From NCBI GenBank assembly GCA_039798785.1, contig JBDKFG010000011.1:20600-84599 (forward strand): a DNA stretch of 64,000 nt. Reading direction: 5' to 3'. Within the stretch, counting starts at the first letter, position 1. The number at the start of each line of letters is the position of its first letter. Positions 18,947 to 28,304 of the stretch are shown in pieces. The notes under the pieces are model-generated. The model was not told the origin of the DNA. It saw nothing but the letters and a program-made list of their open reading frames with translations, and did no database searches. The position numbers and the translations under genes were made by a program. This DNA is from Verrucomicrobiota bacterium (lineage in GTDB: Bacteria; Verrucomicrobiota; Lentisphaeria; Lentisphaerales; Lentisphaeraceae).

Positions 18947-20086
18947 ATGAATGCCCTGTTCAGCCTCCTGCTCCTCGCTTCTCTCGCCGTCGCCGCCCAA
19001 GGTGACAAGCCGGCGCCCCAGCCCGAAGTCCGGACGGAGCCCGAAGCCGGCAATCCCGCCAGCCTGAAAATCGGCAGCCCCGCCCCGGCAATCAAATTCT
19101 CGAAATTCTACAAAGGCGCTCCGATCGACAAGATCGATCCGGCCCAGGTCTACCTGGTGGAATGCTGGGCCACTTGGTGCCCGCCCTGTCTCGCCAGCAT
19201 CCCTCATCTCAGCGAAATCGCCAAGAAGACCGAAGGGAAGGTCACCGTTCTCGGCGTCAACGTCTGGGAACGGCTCGAGGCCGCCAAGGTGCAGGAGTTT
19301 GTCGATCGCCAAGGCGACAAGATGGGCTACCGAGTCGCCAGCGACTCGGACGGCCATTTCGCCAAGCACTGGCTCGCCGCTTCCGACGAGGAAGGCATCC
19401 CCTGCGCCTTCCTCGTCGTCCAGGGCAAGATCGCCTGGATCGGCCTGCCCGCCGATCTCGACGCCGACACTCTCCTGGGCATCGCCGAAGGCCGGATCAC
19501 GGCGGCTCAACTCGCCAAGATGGCCGCCGCCAGGGAATCGGAGATGAACCTGATCGAACAGGAATACGGCAGCAAGATCCAGCCGCTTCTGGAAGGCGGC
19601 GACCTGAAGGGGGCTCTCGCCGCGATCAAGAGGCTGGCCGACGCCCACCCCAAGGCCGGACTGGAACGCCTGGCCGAAAACCTGCAGGCCAAAATCGACG
19701 CGCAGGAGAATCCCGGCGCCCTGCTCGACAAGATCGCCAAGCTCCCCGTCGACGGCGACTCGGACGAGCTTTTCGAACTCCTCGGATCCCTCGTCACCAC
19801 CCACGACCTCGCCCCGGCAGTGTCCGACCGGCTCCTCGCCGAAATCGACCGCCGCATCGCGCAGTCCGGCAAGGACATTCCCGCGTCGGCCGACGACTCC
19901 TACCCCTTCATCATCCTACGCTTCATGAAGGCCGACGTGCTGGCCGCAAAAGACAGAAAGACCGAGGCGGTGCAGATCCTCCGAGATCTCCTGTCGCAAT
20001 TGAAAGGCGAGGCTGCGCAAGCGGCCGCCGACGAGATCGCCAGACGCATCGCCGAACTGCAGGCCGTGGCGCCGGCCAAGCCCTGA
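18947..20086 (+). CDS. TlpA-family disulfide reductase with a helical C-terminal extension
   Basis: Signal peptide; WATWCPPC; GIPCAFLV. Confidence 0.85.
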   Translation: MNALFSLLLLASLAVAAQGDKPAPQPEVRTEPEAGNPASLKIGSPAPAIKFSKFYKGAPIDKIDPAQVYLVECWATWCPPCLASIPHLSEIAKKTEGKVTVLGVNVWERLEAAKVQEFVDRQGDKMGYRVASDSDGHFAKHWLAASDEEGIPCAFLVVQGKIAWIGLPADLDADTLLGIAEGRITAAQLAKMAAARESEMNLIEQEYGSKIQPLLEGGDLKGALAAIKRLADAHPKAGLERLAENLQAKIDAQENPGALLDKIAKLPVDGDSDELFELLGSLVTTHDLAPAVSDRLLAEIDRRIAQSGKDIPASADDSYPFIILRFMKADVLAAKDRKTEAVQILRDLLSQLKGEAAQAAADEIARRIAELQAVAPAKP

Positions 20087-20099
20087 AGAAGCGGAGGGA

Positions 20100-20567
20100 T
20101 CAGATCGCGACCACCGGCTCCTTGGTCTTCTCGAGCAGCTTGATGTCGCTGATCACCATCTGCTTGTCGGCCGCCTTGCACATGTCGTAGACGGTGAGCA
20201 GGGCGACCGAAACCGCGGTGAGCGCCTCGATTTCGACCCCGGTGCGGCCGGTGCAGCGCACTTCCGCGCTCACCGCAACCCCGGTTTCGTCCGCCTCGGC
20301 GACGACATGGACCCGGTCGATGAGGAGCGGGTGGCAGAGAGGAATGAGCTCGGCGGTGCGTTTCGCCGCGAGGATTCCGGCAATCCGGGCCGAGGCCAGG
20401 ACGTCGCCTTTTTTGAGGCCGTTGTCGCGCAGAAGCGCGAGGGTCGCGGGCAAGAGGCTGATGTGGCCGCTGGCGCGGGCGGTGCGGACCTGCGGGGACT
20501 TGGCGCTGACGTCGACCATCGACACCTTGCCGGCCTCGTCGGTGTGGCTGAAGGCTGGCTGGCTCAT
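20100..20567 (-). CDS. moaC: Cyclic pyranopterin monophosphate synthase
   Basis: MVDVSAK, KKGDVL, LIPLCHPL, TGVEIEAL, YDMCKAADK; TGATG coupling to hisG. Confidence 0.93.
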   Translation of the reverse strand: MSQPAFSHTDEAGKVSMVDVSAKSPQVRTARASGHISLLPATLALLRDNGLKKGDVLASARIAGILAAKRTAELIPLCHPLLIDRVHVVAEADETGVAVSAEVRCTGRTGVEIEALTAVSVALLTVYDMCKAADKQMVISDIKLLEKTKEPVVAI

Positions 20568-21418
20568 CAGAGGCGGCAGTTGCGGATTTCGGTGACGATG
20601 ATGCCCTTGGCGCCGGCATCGGCGAGGCGATCGACGATGTCGACCAGCTCCTTGTTGAGAACCATCACCTTGACGGCGCGCCACTCGGCATTTTGCAGCG
20701 GCATGACGGTAGGCGACTGGAGGCCGGGGCAGATGGAGCAGCATTTCTCCAGGTCGCCGGCGCGGACGTCGTATTCGACCATCGCGTACTGGCGGGCGGT
20801 GACGATGCCTTGGAGGCGGCGGAGGAAGCGCTGCGCCTCGGCGGTGGTCAGGCCGGAGGCGTCCTTGCAGACGACGATGGCTTCGGAGTGAACGAGGGCT
20901 TCGCCGACGGTCTTGAGGCCCGCCTGGCGGATGGTGGTGCCGGTTTCGACCACGTCGGCGGCGGCGTCGGCGATGCCGAGCTGGATCGAGATCTCGACCG
21001 CGCCGGAGAGTTCGATGACGGTGGCTTGGACTCCGGCGGCCTCGAGGTGGCGGCGGACCAGGTTGGGATAGGAGCAGGCGATGCGCTTGCCCTGGAACTG
21101 CTGCAGGCTGCTGAACTGCTGATCCTGGGGGATGATGTAATGCATCTTGCTGCGGCCGAAGTTGAGCGGCAGGGCCTCGTGAAGGAGAACACCGCTGTCA
21201 AGCATGATGTCGCGGCCGGTGATGCCGAACTGGAAGACCCCGGATTCGACGTAGGTGGGAATGTCAGTGGGGCGCAGGAAATAGAACTCCACACCGTTGC
21301 CGGCATCGACGCAATGCAGGTCCTTGACCCCTTTGCGCAAACCGTAGCCGGCCTTCTGGATCAGTTCGATGGCACCCTCGGAAAGGGCGCCTTTGTTGGG
21401 GATGGCGATGCGCAGCAT
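20567..21418 (-). CDS. hisG: ATP phosphoribosyltransferase (long form)
   Basis: IAIPNKGAL, LRPTDIP, GITGRD, GAVEI, DVVETGTT plus C-terminal regulatory domain. Confidence 0.95.
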   Translation of the reverse strand: MLRIAIPNKGALSEGAIELIQKAGYGLRKGVKDLHCVDAGNGVEFYFLRPTDIPTYVESGVFQFGITGRDIMLDSGVLLHEALPLNFGRSKMHYIIPQDQQFSSLQQFQGKRIACSYPNLVRRHLEAAGVQATVIELSGAVEISIQLGIADAAADVVETGTTIRQAGLKTVGEALVHSEAIVVCKDASGLTTAEAQRFLRRLQGIVTARQYAMVEYDVRAGDLEKCCSICPGLQSPTVMPLQNAEWRAVKVMVLNKELVDIVDRLADAGAKGIIVTEIRNCRL

Positions 21419-21638
21419 ATGTCGTTTTCCTCAGTCGTTGATGAATTCAGCCGCCTAAGATAGGCCGCGACCGCGCGCTGTCACCGCCGTGTCGACGAGC
21501 GATGACGGGGAAAGCCGGGCCAAAGTTCCGCCGACCTTCCGCCCAGCTCGCAGCAAGCAAGTCTCCGGGACGCTTTGAAAGTCGGCGCAAGCGGTGCTAG
21601 CTTAGCCGAACTGTCATCCGAATAAAACTGGAGCCCCC

Positions 21639-22073
21639 ATGAACTTCGAAGAGATTGAAAAGCTGGCCGCCCTCCTCGCCAAGCATAACCTCGGTGAGAT
21701 CACCGTGGAAGACCATCAGAAGACCAAGATCACGGTCAAGGCCGCCGCCCTCGCTCCTGCTCCCGTGCATCACCAGGCCCCCGCCGCTCCGGCGCCCGCC
21801 GCCGCCAAGGCCGCCGCCCCCGCCGCCGAAGCCGGCAAGGCGATCAAATCCCCCCTCGTCGGCACCTTCTACAAATCGCCCTCGCCCGACGCCCCCGCCT
21901 ACGTCAAGGTCGGCGACACGGTGAAGCCCGACACCACCCTCTGCATCCTCGAGGCGATGAAAGTGATGAACGAAGTCAAGGCGGAAGTCTCCGGCGTCAT
22001 CACCGAGATCCTCTGCGAAAACGGCCAGCCGGTCGAATACGATCAGCCCCTCTTCCGCTACCGCCCCCTTTGA
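21639..22073 (+). CDS. accB: Acetyl-CoA carboxylase biotin carboxyl carrier protein
   Basis: [16 protein letters not shown] biotinylation motif, Ala/Pro linker. Confidence 0.95.
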   Translation: MNFEEIEKLAALLAKHNLGEITVEDHQKTKITVKAAALAPAPVHHQAPAAPAPAAAKAAAPAAEAGKAIKSPLVGTFYKSPSPDAPAYVKVGDTVKPDTTLCILEAMKVMNEVKAEVSGVITEILCENGQPVEYDQPLFRYRPL

Positions 22074-22094
22074 TCCCCGTGAAGGAGGTTTGAG

Positions 22095-22517
22095 ATGAAT
22101 CCCCGCACCGGCAGCAGGCCCCAGGACAGCGTCAGCATCGGCGGCATCGCGATTTCCGAAGAGGTCTTCGCCAGCATCGTCCGCCGCTATGTCCTGCAGC
22201 TGCCAGAAGTCGCCCGCTTCGCCTCCGCCTCCTTCGTCTCCGGCCTCGCCAGCATCATCGGCAAGCGCAGCTCCGACCGCCCGATCCGCGTCGACATCGA
22301 GAACGACCAGCTGGTCATCGGCGTCAACGTCGTCCTCAAGTTCGGCAGCTTCGTGCCCGCCGTCGCGGTCCGCATCCAGGAAGTGGTCAAGCTCCGTGTC
22401 GAGGAGCTCACCGGCAAGACCGTCGCACGCGTCGATGTCTTCGTCTGCGACCTTGCCGACGACGGCAGCTTCAAGGACGATGCCCGCCGCCCGTCCGACG
22501 ACGAGGCCCACCTGTGA
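22095..22517 (+). CDS. Asp23/Gls24 family protein
   Basis: GGIAISEEV, VVLKFG..VP.VA..IQE.VK..VEELTG..V..VDVFV. Confidence 0.85.
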   Translation: MNPRTGSRPQDSVSIGGIAISEEVFASIVRRYVLQLPEVARFASASFVSGLASIIGKRSSDRPIRVDIENDQLVIGVNVVLKFGSFVPAVAVRIQEVVKLRVEELTGKTVARVDVFVCDLADDGSFKDDARRPSDDEAHL

Positions 22518-23158
22518 TTGCGCTCCTCGCCGAAGTTCCGTCCGAGAACTCGGACGATGCCGCCGCGTCGGGCGGCTTCCAGCATGTCTGCGATGTCGTT
22601 TCGAACTCCTTGGAGAGCTGCCTGCACGCCATCGCCTCCGGCCTGGAAGACCGCTTCGGCATCGACTGGAGCAACGGCTGGAATCTCTTCTGGCTCGGCG
22701 TCCTCTGCGGCCTGGCTCTCTTCCTCATCCTCCGTGTCGCCTCCTGGCTCTTCTGGGACCGCCGCTGTAAGGGCATCGCGCTGCGCAACGACGCCGGCGG
22801 CATCTTCATCACCTCCGCCGCGATCCAGGACTTCGTCAGCCGCGTCCTCGCCGACAATGGCCAGATGATCGTCGAAAAAGTCAGCTTGCGCCAGCTCAAG
22901 GAAGGCGGTCACGCCGTCACCATCCACGCATCCCTCCTCCCAGAAGCCCGAGTCCCCGAGCTCGCCGATCTGGTCCAGCAGCGTGTGCTCACCAAGGTCA
23001 GGGAACATCTCGGAATCCTCACCTTGCGCGCCGTCGACCTGCAATTGCGCTCCTTCTCAGCCAAAGAAGGTGCACTCGAACGTCAGCACCGCCGCGCCCT
23101 CCGTGAAGCTCGCGGCGAAGCGGAAATCGTCCTCTCCAATCCTCCCCCGGCCGACTGA
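22514..23158 (+). CDS. AmaP-like membrane anchor protein
   Basis: TM helix followed by G.IFITSAAIQDFV...VPELA..VQ.RV...V...LG; GTGA overlap with asp23. Confidence 0.55.
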   Translation: MIALLAEVPSENSDDAAASGGFQHVCDVVSNSLESCLHAIASGLEDRFGIDWSNGWNLFWLGVLCGLALFLILRVASWLFWDRRCKGIALRNDAGGIFITSAAIQDFVSRVLADNGQMIVEKVSLRQLKEGGHAVTIHASLLPEARVPELADLVQQRVLTKVREHLGILTLRAVDLQLRSFSAKEGALERQHRRALREARGEAEIVLSNPPPAD

Positions 23159-23288
23159 GCAAGCCCCATCACGTTGCCGGCAGCCCGCGGCTTTTTTAAG
23201 CCGGATATGCCGCTTGCCGCGCCCCCCCCGACTCGCCTCGTCCCTTCGCAAGCAGGCAGCTGTTCAACCCGGGGAATTTATGTGTTTT

Positions 23289-23765
23289 CTAGGATCCGTC
23301 CTTGAGTAGGCTTTCCAGATAGGGCGAACTGCTGTTGACCATCCACAGCGAAAAGACCTCGAGAAACTTGACGAAGGCTGGGATGTCGGCGACGGGAAAG
23401 CCGTGTCGGGCCGGGGCTTCGTCCAGGGTCGCGACGAAGCAACGGAGCCATTCGTCGCGGGCTTCCAAGGTGATTGGAAAGGGAATGTGGCGCATCCGCA
23501 TGCGAGGAGGTCCATGGCGCTGTGCGAAGAGCGGCGGACCGCCACACAGTCCGGTGAAGAAAGAAGCCGACTTGTCCGCCGCCGTCCACAAGGCTTCGGG
23601 ATCGCGGGGGAAGAGCTCGGCTATCTCCGACACCGCCAGCCGCGCATAGAAGTCGCGCAGCAGCTCGATCATGCCCGCCTCGCCAAGGGCGGCATGGATG
23701 CTCGGCGGCGGCGGATCGACCTGAGGCGGCCCGTCGAAAAGGGCGATGATCTGACGCTGACTCAT
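23289..23765 (-). CDS. Group II truncated hemoglobin
   Basis: DFY, LFP, FF...CGGPPLF..RHG.PRMRMRH.PF.I...RDEWL. Confidence 0.88.
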   Translation of the reverse strand: MSQRQIIALFDGPPQVDPPPPSIHAALGEAGMIELLRDFYARLAVSEIAELFPRDPEALWTAADKSASFFTGLCGGPPLFAQRHGPPRMRMRHIPFPITLEARDEWLRCFVATLDEAPARHGFPVADIPAFVKFLEVFSLWMVNSSSPYLESLLKDGS

Positions 23766-24256
23766 GGTGCCGCCTCGAGCTGGCGTCGGCGCTCCCTCTG
23801 CCAGAGCTCGCAATCAAGCAGCGACTGCTTCTCCGCGACCGAGATCTTGGGGTGCTGCACCAGCCCCCTGATCTCGGAAAGCCCGGGAGCCAAGCCCCAG
23901 CCCTTGCGCCCCCCGAGCAGATAAACCGGCAGCAGCCGTGCCTTTCCTTCCCGACACTGACGCAGGATGACACAGGCGCTGAGCCCCCCGGCATGCTGAT
24001 GGAAATCGACGACTTCAAGGCGGACCTTGCCGCTGGCACAATCGCGCGCCTTCTCCAGTGTCGCCTGGCGTCCGGCAAGATAGAAATCCTCCGGAACTTC
24101 GGGCAGGCGGACGACACGGCGGAAAGCAGCTTCGCCGTCACCACCGTTCATTTCCGAAACGAAGGCTTCGGCACATTCACGGGCGCTGGCCGGAGCTTCG
24201 ACGCTGCGGCAAGAGGCGAAGACGAGGACAAGAGCGGCAAACAGGGATCGGTTCAT
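23762..24256 (-). CDS. Hypothetical lipoprotein
   Basis: MNRSLFAALVLVFASC lipobox, RBS GGAGG, ATGA overlap with the globin. Confidence 0.6.
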   Translation of the reverse strand: MNRSLFAALVLVFASCRSVEAPASARECAEAFVSEMNGGDGEAAFRRVVRLPEVPEDFYLAGRQATLEKARDCASGKVRLEVVDFHQHAGGLSACVILRQCREGKARLLPVYLLGGRKGWGLAPGLSEIRGLVQHPKISVAEKQSLLDCELWQRERRRQLEAAP

Positions 24257-24279
24257 GACTGGCTTCCTCCAAACAAGCC

Positions 24280-24306
24280 GGAAGCCCCTCGAATCGAGGG
24301 GCTTCC
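24280..24306 (-). terminator. Hairpin downstream of the tRNA
   Basis: GGAAGCCCCTCGA-a-TCGAGGGGCTTCC. Confidence 0.7.
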
Positions 24307-24311
24307 GAAAG

Positions 24312-24385
24312 TGGACCTGTGGGAACTCGAATCCCAGACCTCCTACATGCGAAGCAGGCGCTCTAGCCAACTGAGCTACAGGCCC
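24312..24385 (-). tRNA. tRNA-Ala (anticodon CGC); CCA not encoded
   Basis: GGGCCTGTAGCTCAGTTGGCTAGAGCGCCTGCTTCGCATGTAGGAGGTCTGGGATTCGAGTTCCCACAGGTCCA folds as a cloverleaf with G3:U70 and an A discriminator. Confidence 0.95.
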
Positions 24386-24770
24386 GGCTAGGGAGGAAAA
24401 CTAGTCTCGTCTGCCCACAAGACAAGCGAGCTCGTCCAGAAAATGCCGAAGCCGAGAACCGCCATCATCTAGATCAGCCGCCAGCCTCGTCGCTCAAGGA
24501 GAGAATGCCGGACCGGATTTACCGCGTGGCAAATCATCATTGAGCCAGCCAGATACCGCAATTGGACGTGCATTCCTGAGTTGAGGCGAGACGGCATCTA
24601 TCCAGGCTAAGCTAAGCGACAAATGTCGCAAAATGCCATTTTTTTGAAACAGAATGAAATGGCTCTCGGGAGTCGCTGGTCTTAAGCTTTTACGAGCTGA
24701 GTCATCTCTAGAGCCGCAATATCCTTCGGCAAGTCAGCTTGCAGTCAGAACGCAAAAATCCGGAGTGGTC

Positions 24771-25895
24771 ATGAGCCTGAAGAATCCGATCCGAGTTGTC
24801 CGTCCCCCCGTCACACCCAGCCATCGCAGGAGGAAGCCGAAGCGAGCGGATGATTCCCTTCGTCCCTGGCTGATTGCCTTCCTGTGCTTGGGTTTTGCTG
24901 CGTTACTGGTCTTGGTCAAGATCAAAACCGCCTCGTCCCCCGCGCCAGAGGTACGGAGCGTCGAAGCGGGAGAGAAGGCTCCTGTCGCCCTTGCTGCAGG
25001 AGCCCGCTCGGAGCCCTTGCCGCCCGGCAAGACGAATCTGCGTCCATTGCCGGAGCCGAGGCAGGAGGCAGCGGAAAAAGCGCCTCCGGAATCCAGCGGA
25101 ATCGCTGTGAATCAGCATGCACCGATGCACCCACAGGCTGCCCCCGAAGCGGATCTCGCAATTCCGGCCGCCGCGGCGCCCGAGGATGCGGAGAAGCTTT
25201 TTACGGAGTTCCGTCAAGAGGAATTGCTCAAGCTTCCATCGCCTGTCCTGGGCAGCGAGATCGAGATCCATTACAGCAACGGCGACGTCATGAGGCAGAC
25301 GCCGGTGGCGGTCGATGACAGCCGGGGTCTGGTGAGGATTAAAATGGAATACGGATCGGCGGAAGTCCACTACAGCTCATTGAGCCGTCCTTGCGCCGAG
25401 ACTTACCTGCCGAGGCTTAAGGCGGAGCGTCTGGCCCGTGCCAGGGTGTCGAAGAAGCTGGCCGGCTACATCGCCGCGTCGAAAGCTGCGAGAGGCGCAT
25501 CGAGGGAAGAAATGGAGGGAATGCCGCCATCCGACGCCCCGTCAAGCTTCCTCCCAACACCGAGCAAGACACCGGAAGAACTGCTTCAACCCGAGGAGGA
25601 GATGAGGGCCTACCTGAACATGCAGGAGCGCCGCAACGGCCAGCGTTTCGCCGTCATCCGCAGCAAGTTCGCCGGGGAAGGAGCCGTTCTCTTTCTCGAA
25701 GTCGGCGAGGGCTTCGGGCTGCAGAACCCGGGAATCCGCTACCAAGTGACAGAAGGCCTGCGTCAGTTCTGGGGCTTGAGATGCATGAGCAACGGCGTCG
25801 CGACTGATGACAAGGCTTTTCTCGTCCTTCTCTCAAAAGGCAGGATTGTCGGAGGATCGCGAAGTGATAACGCCACGGCCATCTGGATCCGCTGA
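24771..25895 (+). CDS. Hypothetical membrane-anchored protein
   Basis: RBS GGAG, start MSLKNP, one TM helix, Pro-rich linker. Confidence 0.6.
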   Translation: MSLKNPIRVVRPPVTPSHRRRKPKRADDSLRPWLIAFLCLGFAALLVLVKIKTASSPAPEVRSVEAGEKAPVALAAGARSEPLPPGKTNLRPLPEPRQEAAEKAPPESSGIAVNQHAPMHPQAAPEADLAIPAAAAPEDAEKLFTEFRQEELLKLPSPVLGSEIEIHYSNGDVMRQTPVAVDDSRGLVRIKMEYGSAEVHYSSLSRPCAETYLPRLKAERLARARVSKKLAGYIAASKAARGASREEMEGMPPSDAPSSFLPTPSKTPEELLQPEEEMRAYLNMQERRNGQRFAVIRSKFAGEGAVLFLEVGEGFGLQNPGIRYQVTEGLRQFWGLRCMSNGVATDDKAFLVLLSKGRIVGGSRSDNATAIWIR

Positions 25896-25991
25896 TCGTC
25901 GGAATGCAGGCCTTGACTTGCTGCGCCGCCTTTGCGGCAGGCGGAGCCGTGCTAATGTCTGTGCCTGCACAAAACCGACCGGGATTTTTCC

Positions 25992-27014
25992 ATGAGCGAC
26001 CGACTGACCTCTCTACTGTCCGATTTCCACCAGCGTCTTGATCTTTGCCTCGACGCCCCAGCCCTTGAATCCTTGAAAGCCGAATACCTGGGCAAGAAGG
26101 GGCCGCTGACCGAGCTCCTGAAGTCGCTGAAGGATCTGTCTCCCGAGGAGCGCACCCGGGTGGGCCAGGCGACCAACGAAACCAAGGCCGCGATCGAAGC
26201 AGGCCTCGCCGCCCGCCGCGCCCTCCTCGAGAAAACCGCTCTCGACGAGAAGCTGAAATCGGAATGGTTCGACGTCACTCTCGATGCCGCCCCCACGCGT
26301 CTCGGAGCCCTGCACCCCGTCTCCCGCGTCCAGTACGAGATCGAGGACATCTTCTCCTCGCTCGGCTTCTCGGTGCAGGACGGCCCCCACTGCGAGCTCG
26401 ACCATTACAACTTCGAAGCCCTGAACATCCCCAAGGATCACCCTGCCCGCGACATGCAGGACACCTTCTACTTCTCCAACGGCGCCATCCTCCGCACCCA
26501 CACCTCGGCGGTGCAGGTCAGGGCGATGGAGAAGCTCAAGCCCCCCTTCAAGATCATCGGCCCCGGCAAGGTCTTCCGGGTCGAACGCACAGACCCCTCG
26601 CACGAAGCCGCCTTCCACCAGCTCGAAGGGATGGTGGTGGCAGAAGGCATCACCGTCGCCCACCTCATCCACACCATGAAGACCCTTCTCAAGGAGATCT
26701 TCAAGCGCGAGGTGAAGATCCGCCTCCGCCCAGGCTTCTTCCCCTTCGTCGAACCCGGCTTCGAGCTTGACATCTCCTGCCAGATCTGCGACGCCAAAGG
26801 CTGCTCGGTGTGCAAACATTCCGGCTGGATCGAGCTGATGCCCTGCGGCATGGTCCACCCCAACGTCCTCAAGCACGGCGGCATCGACACCGACAAGTTC
26901 TCCGGCTTCGCCTTCGGCCTCGGTCTCGACCGCCTGGTGATGATGCGCTTCAAGATCGAGGACATCCGCCACCTCCACTCCGGCGACCTGCGCTTCTCCG
27001 GACAGTTCGTCTAA
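25992..27014 (+). CDS. pheS: Phenylalanine-tRNA ligase alpha subunit
   Basis: HPARDMQDTFY, LRTHTS, FHQLEG, FPFVEP, GFAFGLGLDRL. Confidence 0.97.
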   Translation: MSDRLTSLLSDFHQRLDLCLDAPALESLKAEYLGKKGPLTELLKSLKDLSPEERTRVGQATNETKAAIEAGLAARRALLEKTALDEKLKSEWFDVTLDAAPTRLGALHPVSRVQYEIEDIFSSLGFSVQDGPHCELDHYNFEALNIPKDHPARDMQDTFYFSNGAILRTHTSAVQVRAMEKLKPPFKIIGPGKVFRVERTDPSHEAAFHQLEGMVVAEGITVAHLIHTMKTLLKEIFKREVKIRLRPGFFPFVEPGFELDISCQICDAKGCSVCKHSGWIELMPCGMVHPNVLKHGGIDTDKFSGFAFGLGLDRLVMMRFKIEDIRHLHSGDLRFSGQFV

Positions 27015-27027
27015 GAACCGGATTACA

Positions 27028-27121
27028 AGGTTGTAAGGTGAAAGGTAAACAAAGACTTGTCGGCCGATCATCTTCCTGGACTTCAACCTTTCAACCTTTC
27101 AACCTTTCAACCTTTCAACCT
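27028..27121. repeat. Octamer tandem repeat (TTCAACCT)x5 with an upstream degenerate inverted partner
   Basis: 27082-27121 holds five perfect units; 27028-27049 reads aggttgta-aggtgaa-aggtaaa. Confidence 0.85.
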
Positions 27122-27137
27122 CCTCTGAGGCTCCCTC

Positions 27138-28223
27138 ATGACCGGCTTCTTCGGCATCCTTCCCCGCTACGTCCTGCGGCTGGTCATGCTGCCGACCTTG
27201 TGCAGCTTCCTCGGCTTCCTCTTCATCTTCCTCATCGGCGACATGCAGGACAAGCTGGGCGACATGCTCAAGCTCGGCGACAGCACCGCCGTGGTGATCT
27301 ACTTCGCCTGCATCCTGCCGGAGAAGTTCGAGGTCATCCTGCCGATGTCACTCCTCCTCGGCACCATGTACTGCTTCGCCGGAATGAACCGCAACAACGA
27401 GATCACCGCCATCCGCGCCTCCGGCGTGTCGCTGCTCAAGCTCTGCCTGCCTATCCTCCTCTTCGCTCTCTTCCTCTCCGGACTGACCTTCCTCAGCAAC
27501 GAGAAGCTTCTCCCCTCCAGCCGCGCCATCTCCGAGAAGATCCGACTCCGCGCCGAAGGCGACGACACCGACAAGCAATTGCGCCACTTCAGCGTCAAAG
27601 ACAAATCCGGCCACCGCCGCAAATGGAGCCTCAGCCCCGGCAGCGGCCCGAGAAGCTTCGGCTTCCTTATTGTCAGCGAAATCGATGAGAAGGGACACCT
27701 GCTCTGGGATGTCACCGCCCAAAAAGGCGAATACTTCGGCAGCCGCTGGCGCTTCGATCAGGTCGAACGCGTCGAATACCTCCCAGGCCCGGCCATCAAA
27801 CGCAGCGAACAGCTCGACTCCCTCTTCCTCGACGTCGGCGACGACCCCTCCGCCCCGACCCTCAACAGCCAGCTTGAAACCCGCCTCAGCATCAACCAGA
27901 TCGACGCCATCCTCGCCAATCCCGCCGCCAGCATCACCCCCAGGCAGCAGACCGAGCTGATCGCCATGCGCTGGAACAACATCTTCTCCCCCTTCGCCTG
28001 CCTCGTCGCCATCCTCCTCGGCATCCCCCTCGCAGTCACCGCCCAGAGGCAAGTCGCCCTCGCTGCCACCGCCAAGGCGCTCGCCGTCATGATGATCTAC
28101 TACGTCGTCCGCGAACTCAGCATGCACCTGAGCATCAACGGCAAACTCCCCCCAGAACTCGGCGCCGCCCTTCCCGTCCTGACCTTCGTCAGCCTCGGAC
28201 TCATCATCAGCGCCCGCAAATAG
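27138..28223 (+). CDS. LptF/LptG family LPS export permease
   Basis: ILPRYVLR, LPMSLLLG, NNEITAIRASGVSL, 3+3 TM layout. Confidence 0.88.
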   Translation: MTGFFGILPRYVLRLVMLPTLCSFLGFLFIFLIGDMQDKLGDMLKLGDSTAVVIYFACILPEKFEVILPMSLLLGTMYCFAGMNRNNEITAIRASGVSLLKLCLPILLFALFLSGLTFLSNEKLLPSSRAISEKIRLRAEGDDTDKQLRHFSVKDKSGHRRKWSLSPGSGPRSFGFLIVSEIDEKGHLLWDVTAQKGEYFGSRWRFDQVERVEYLPGPAIKRSEQLDSLFLDVGDDPSAPTLNSQLETRLSINQIDAILANPAASITPRQQTELIAMRWNNIFSPFACLVAILLGIPLAVTAQRQVALAATAKALAVMMIYYVVRELSMHLSINGKLPPELGAALPVLTFVSLGLIISARK

Positions 28224-28304
28224 AGTCCTTAAAAACAACTTGAAAAAGACAAATTCGACATTATTGATAAACCTTAGAAAAGCTTGAATTCGGAAGGATG
28301 TCCC

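Noticed and set aside
23289..24385. Genomic island integrated at tRNA-Ala
   Set aside because: No duplicated tRNA 3' end or adjacent integrase was seen.
27082..27121. CRISPR-like array
   Set aside because: Units are 8 nt and contiguous, with no spacers and no cas genes in the window.
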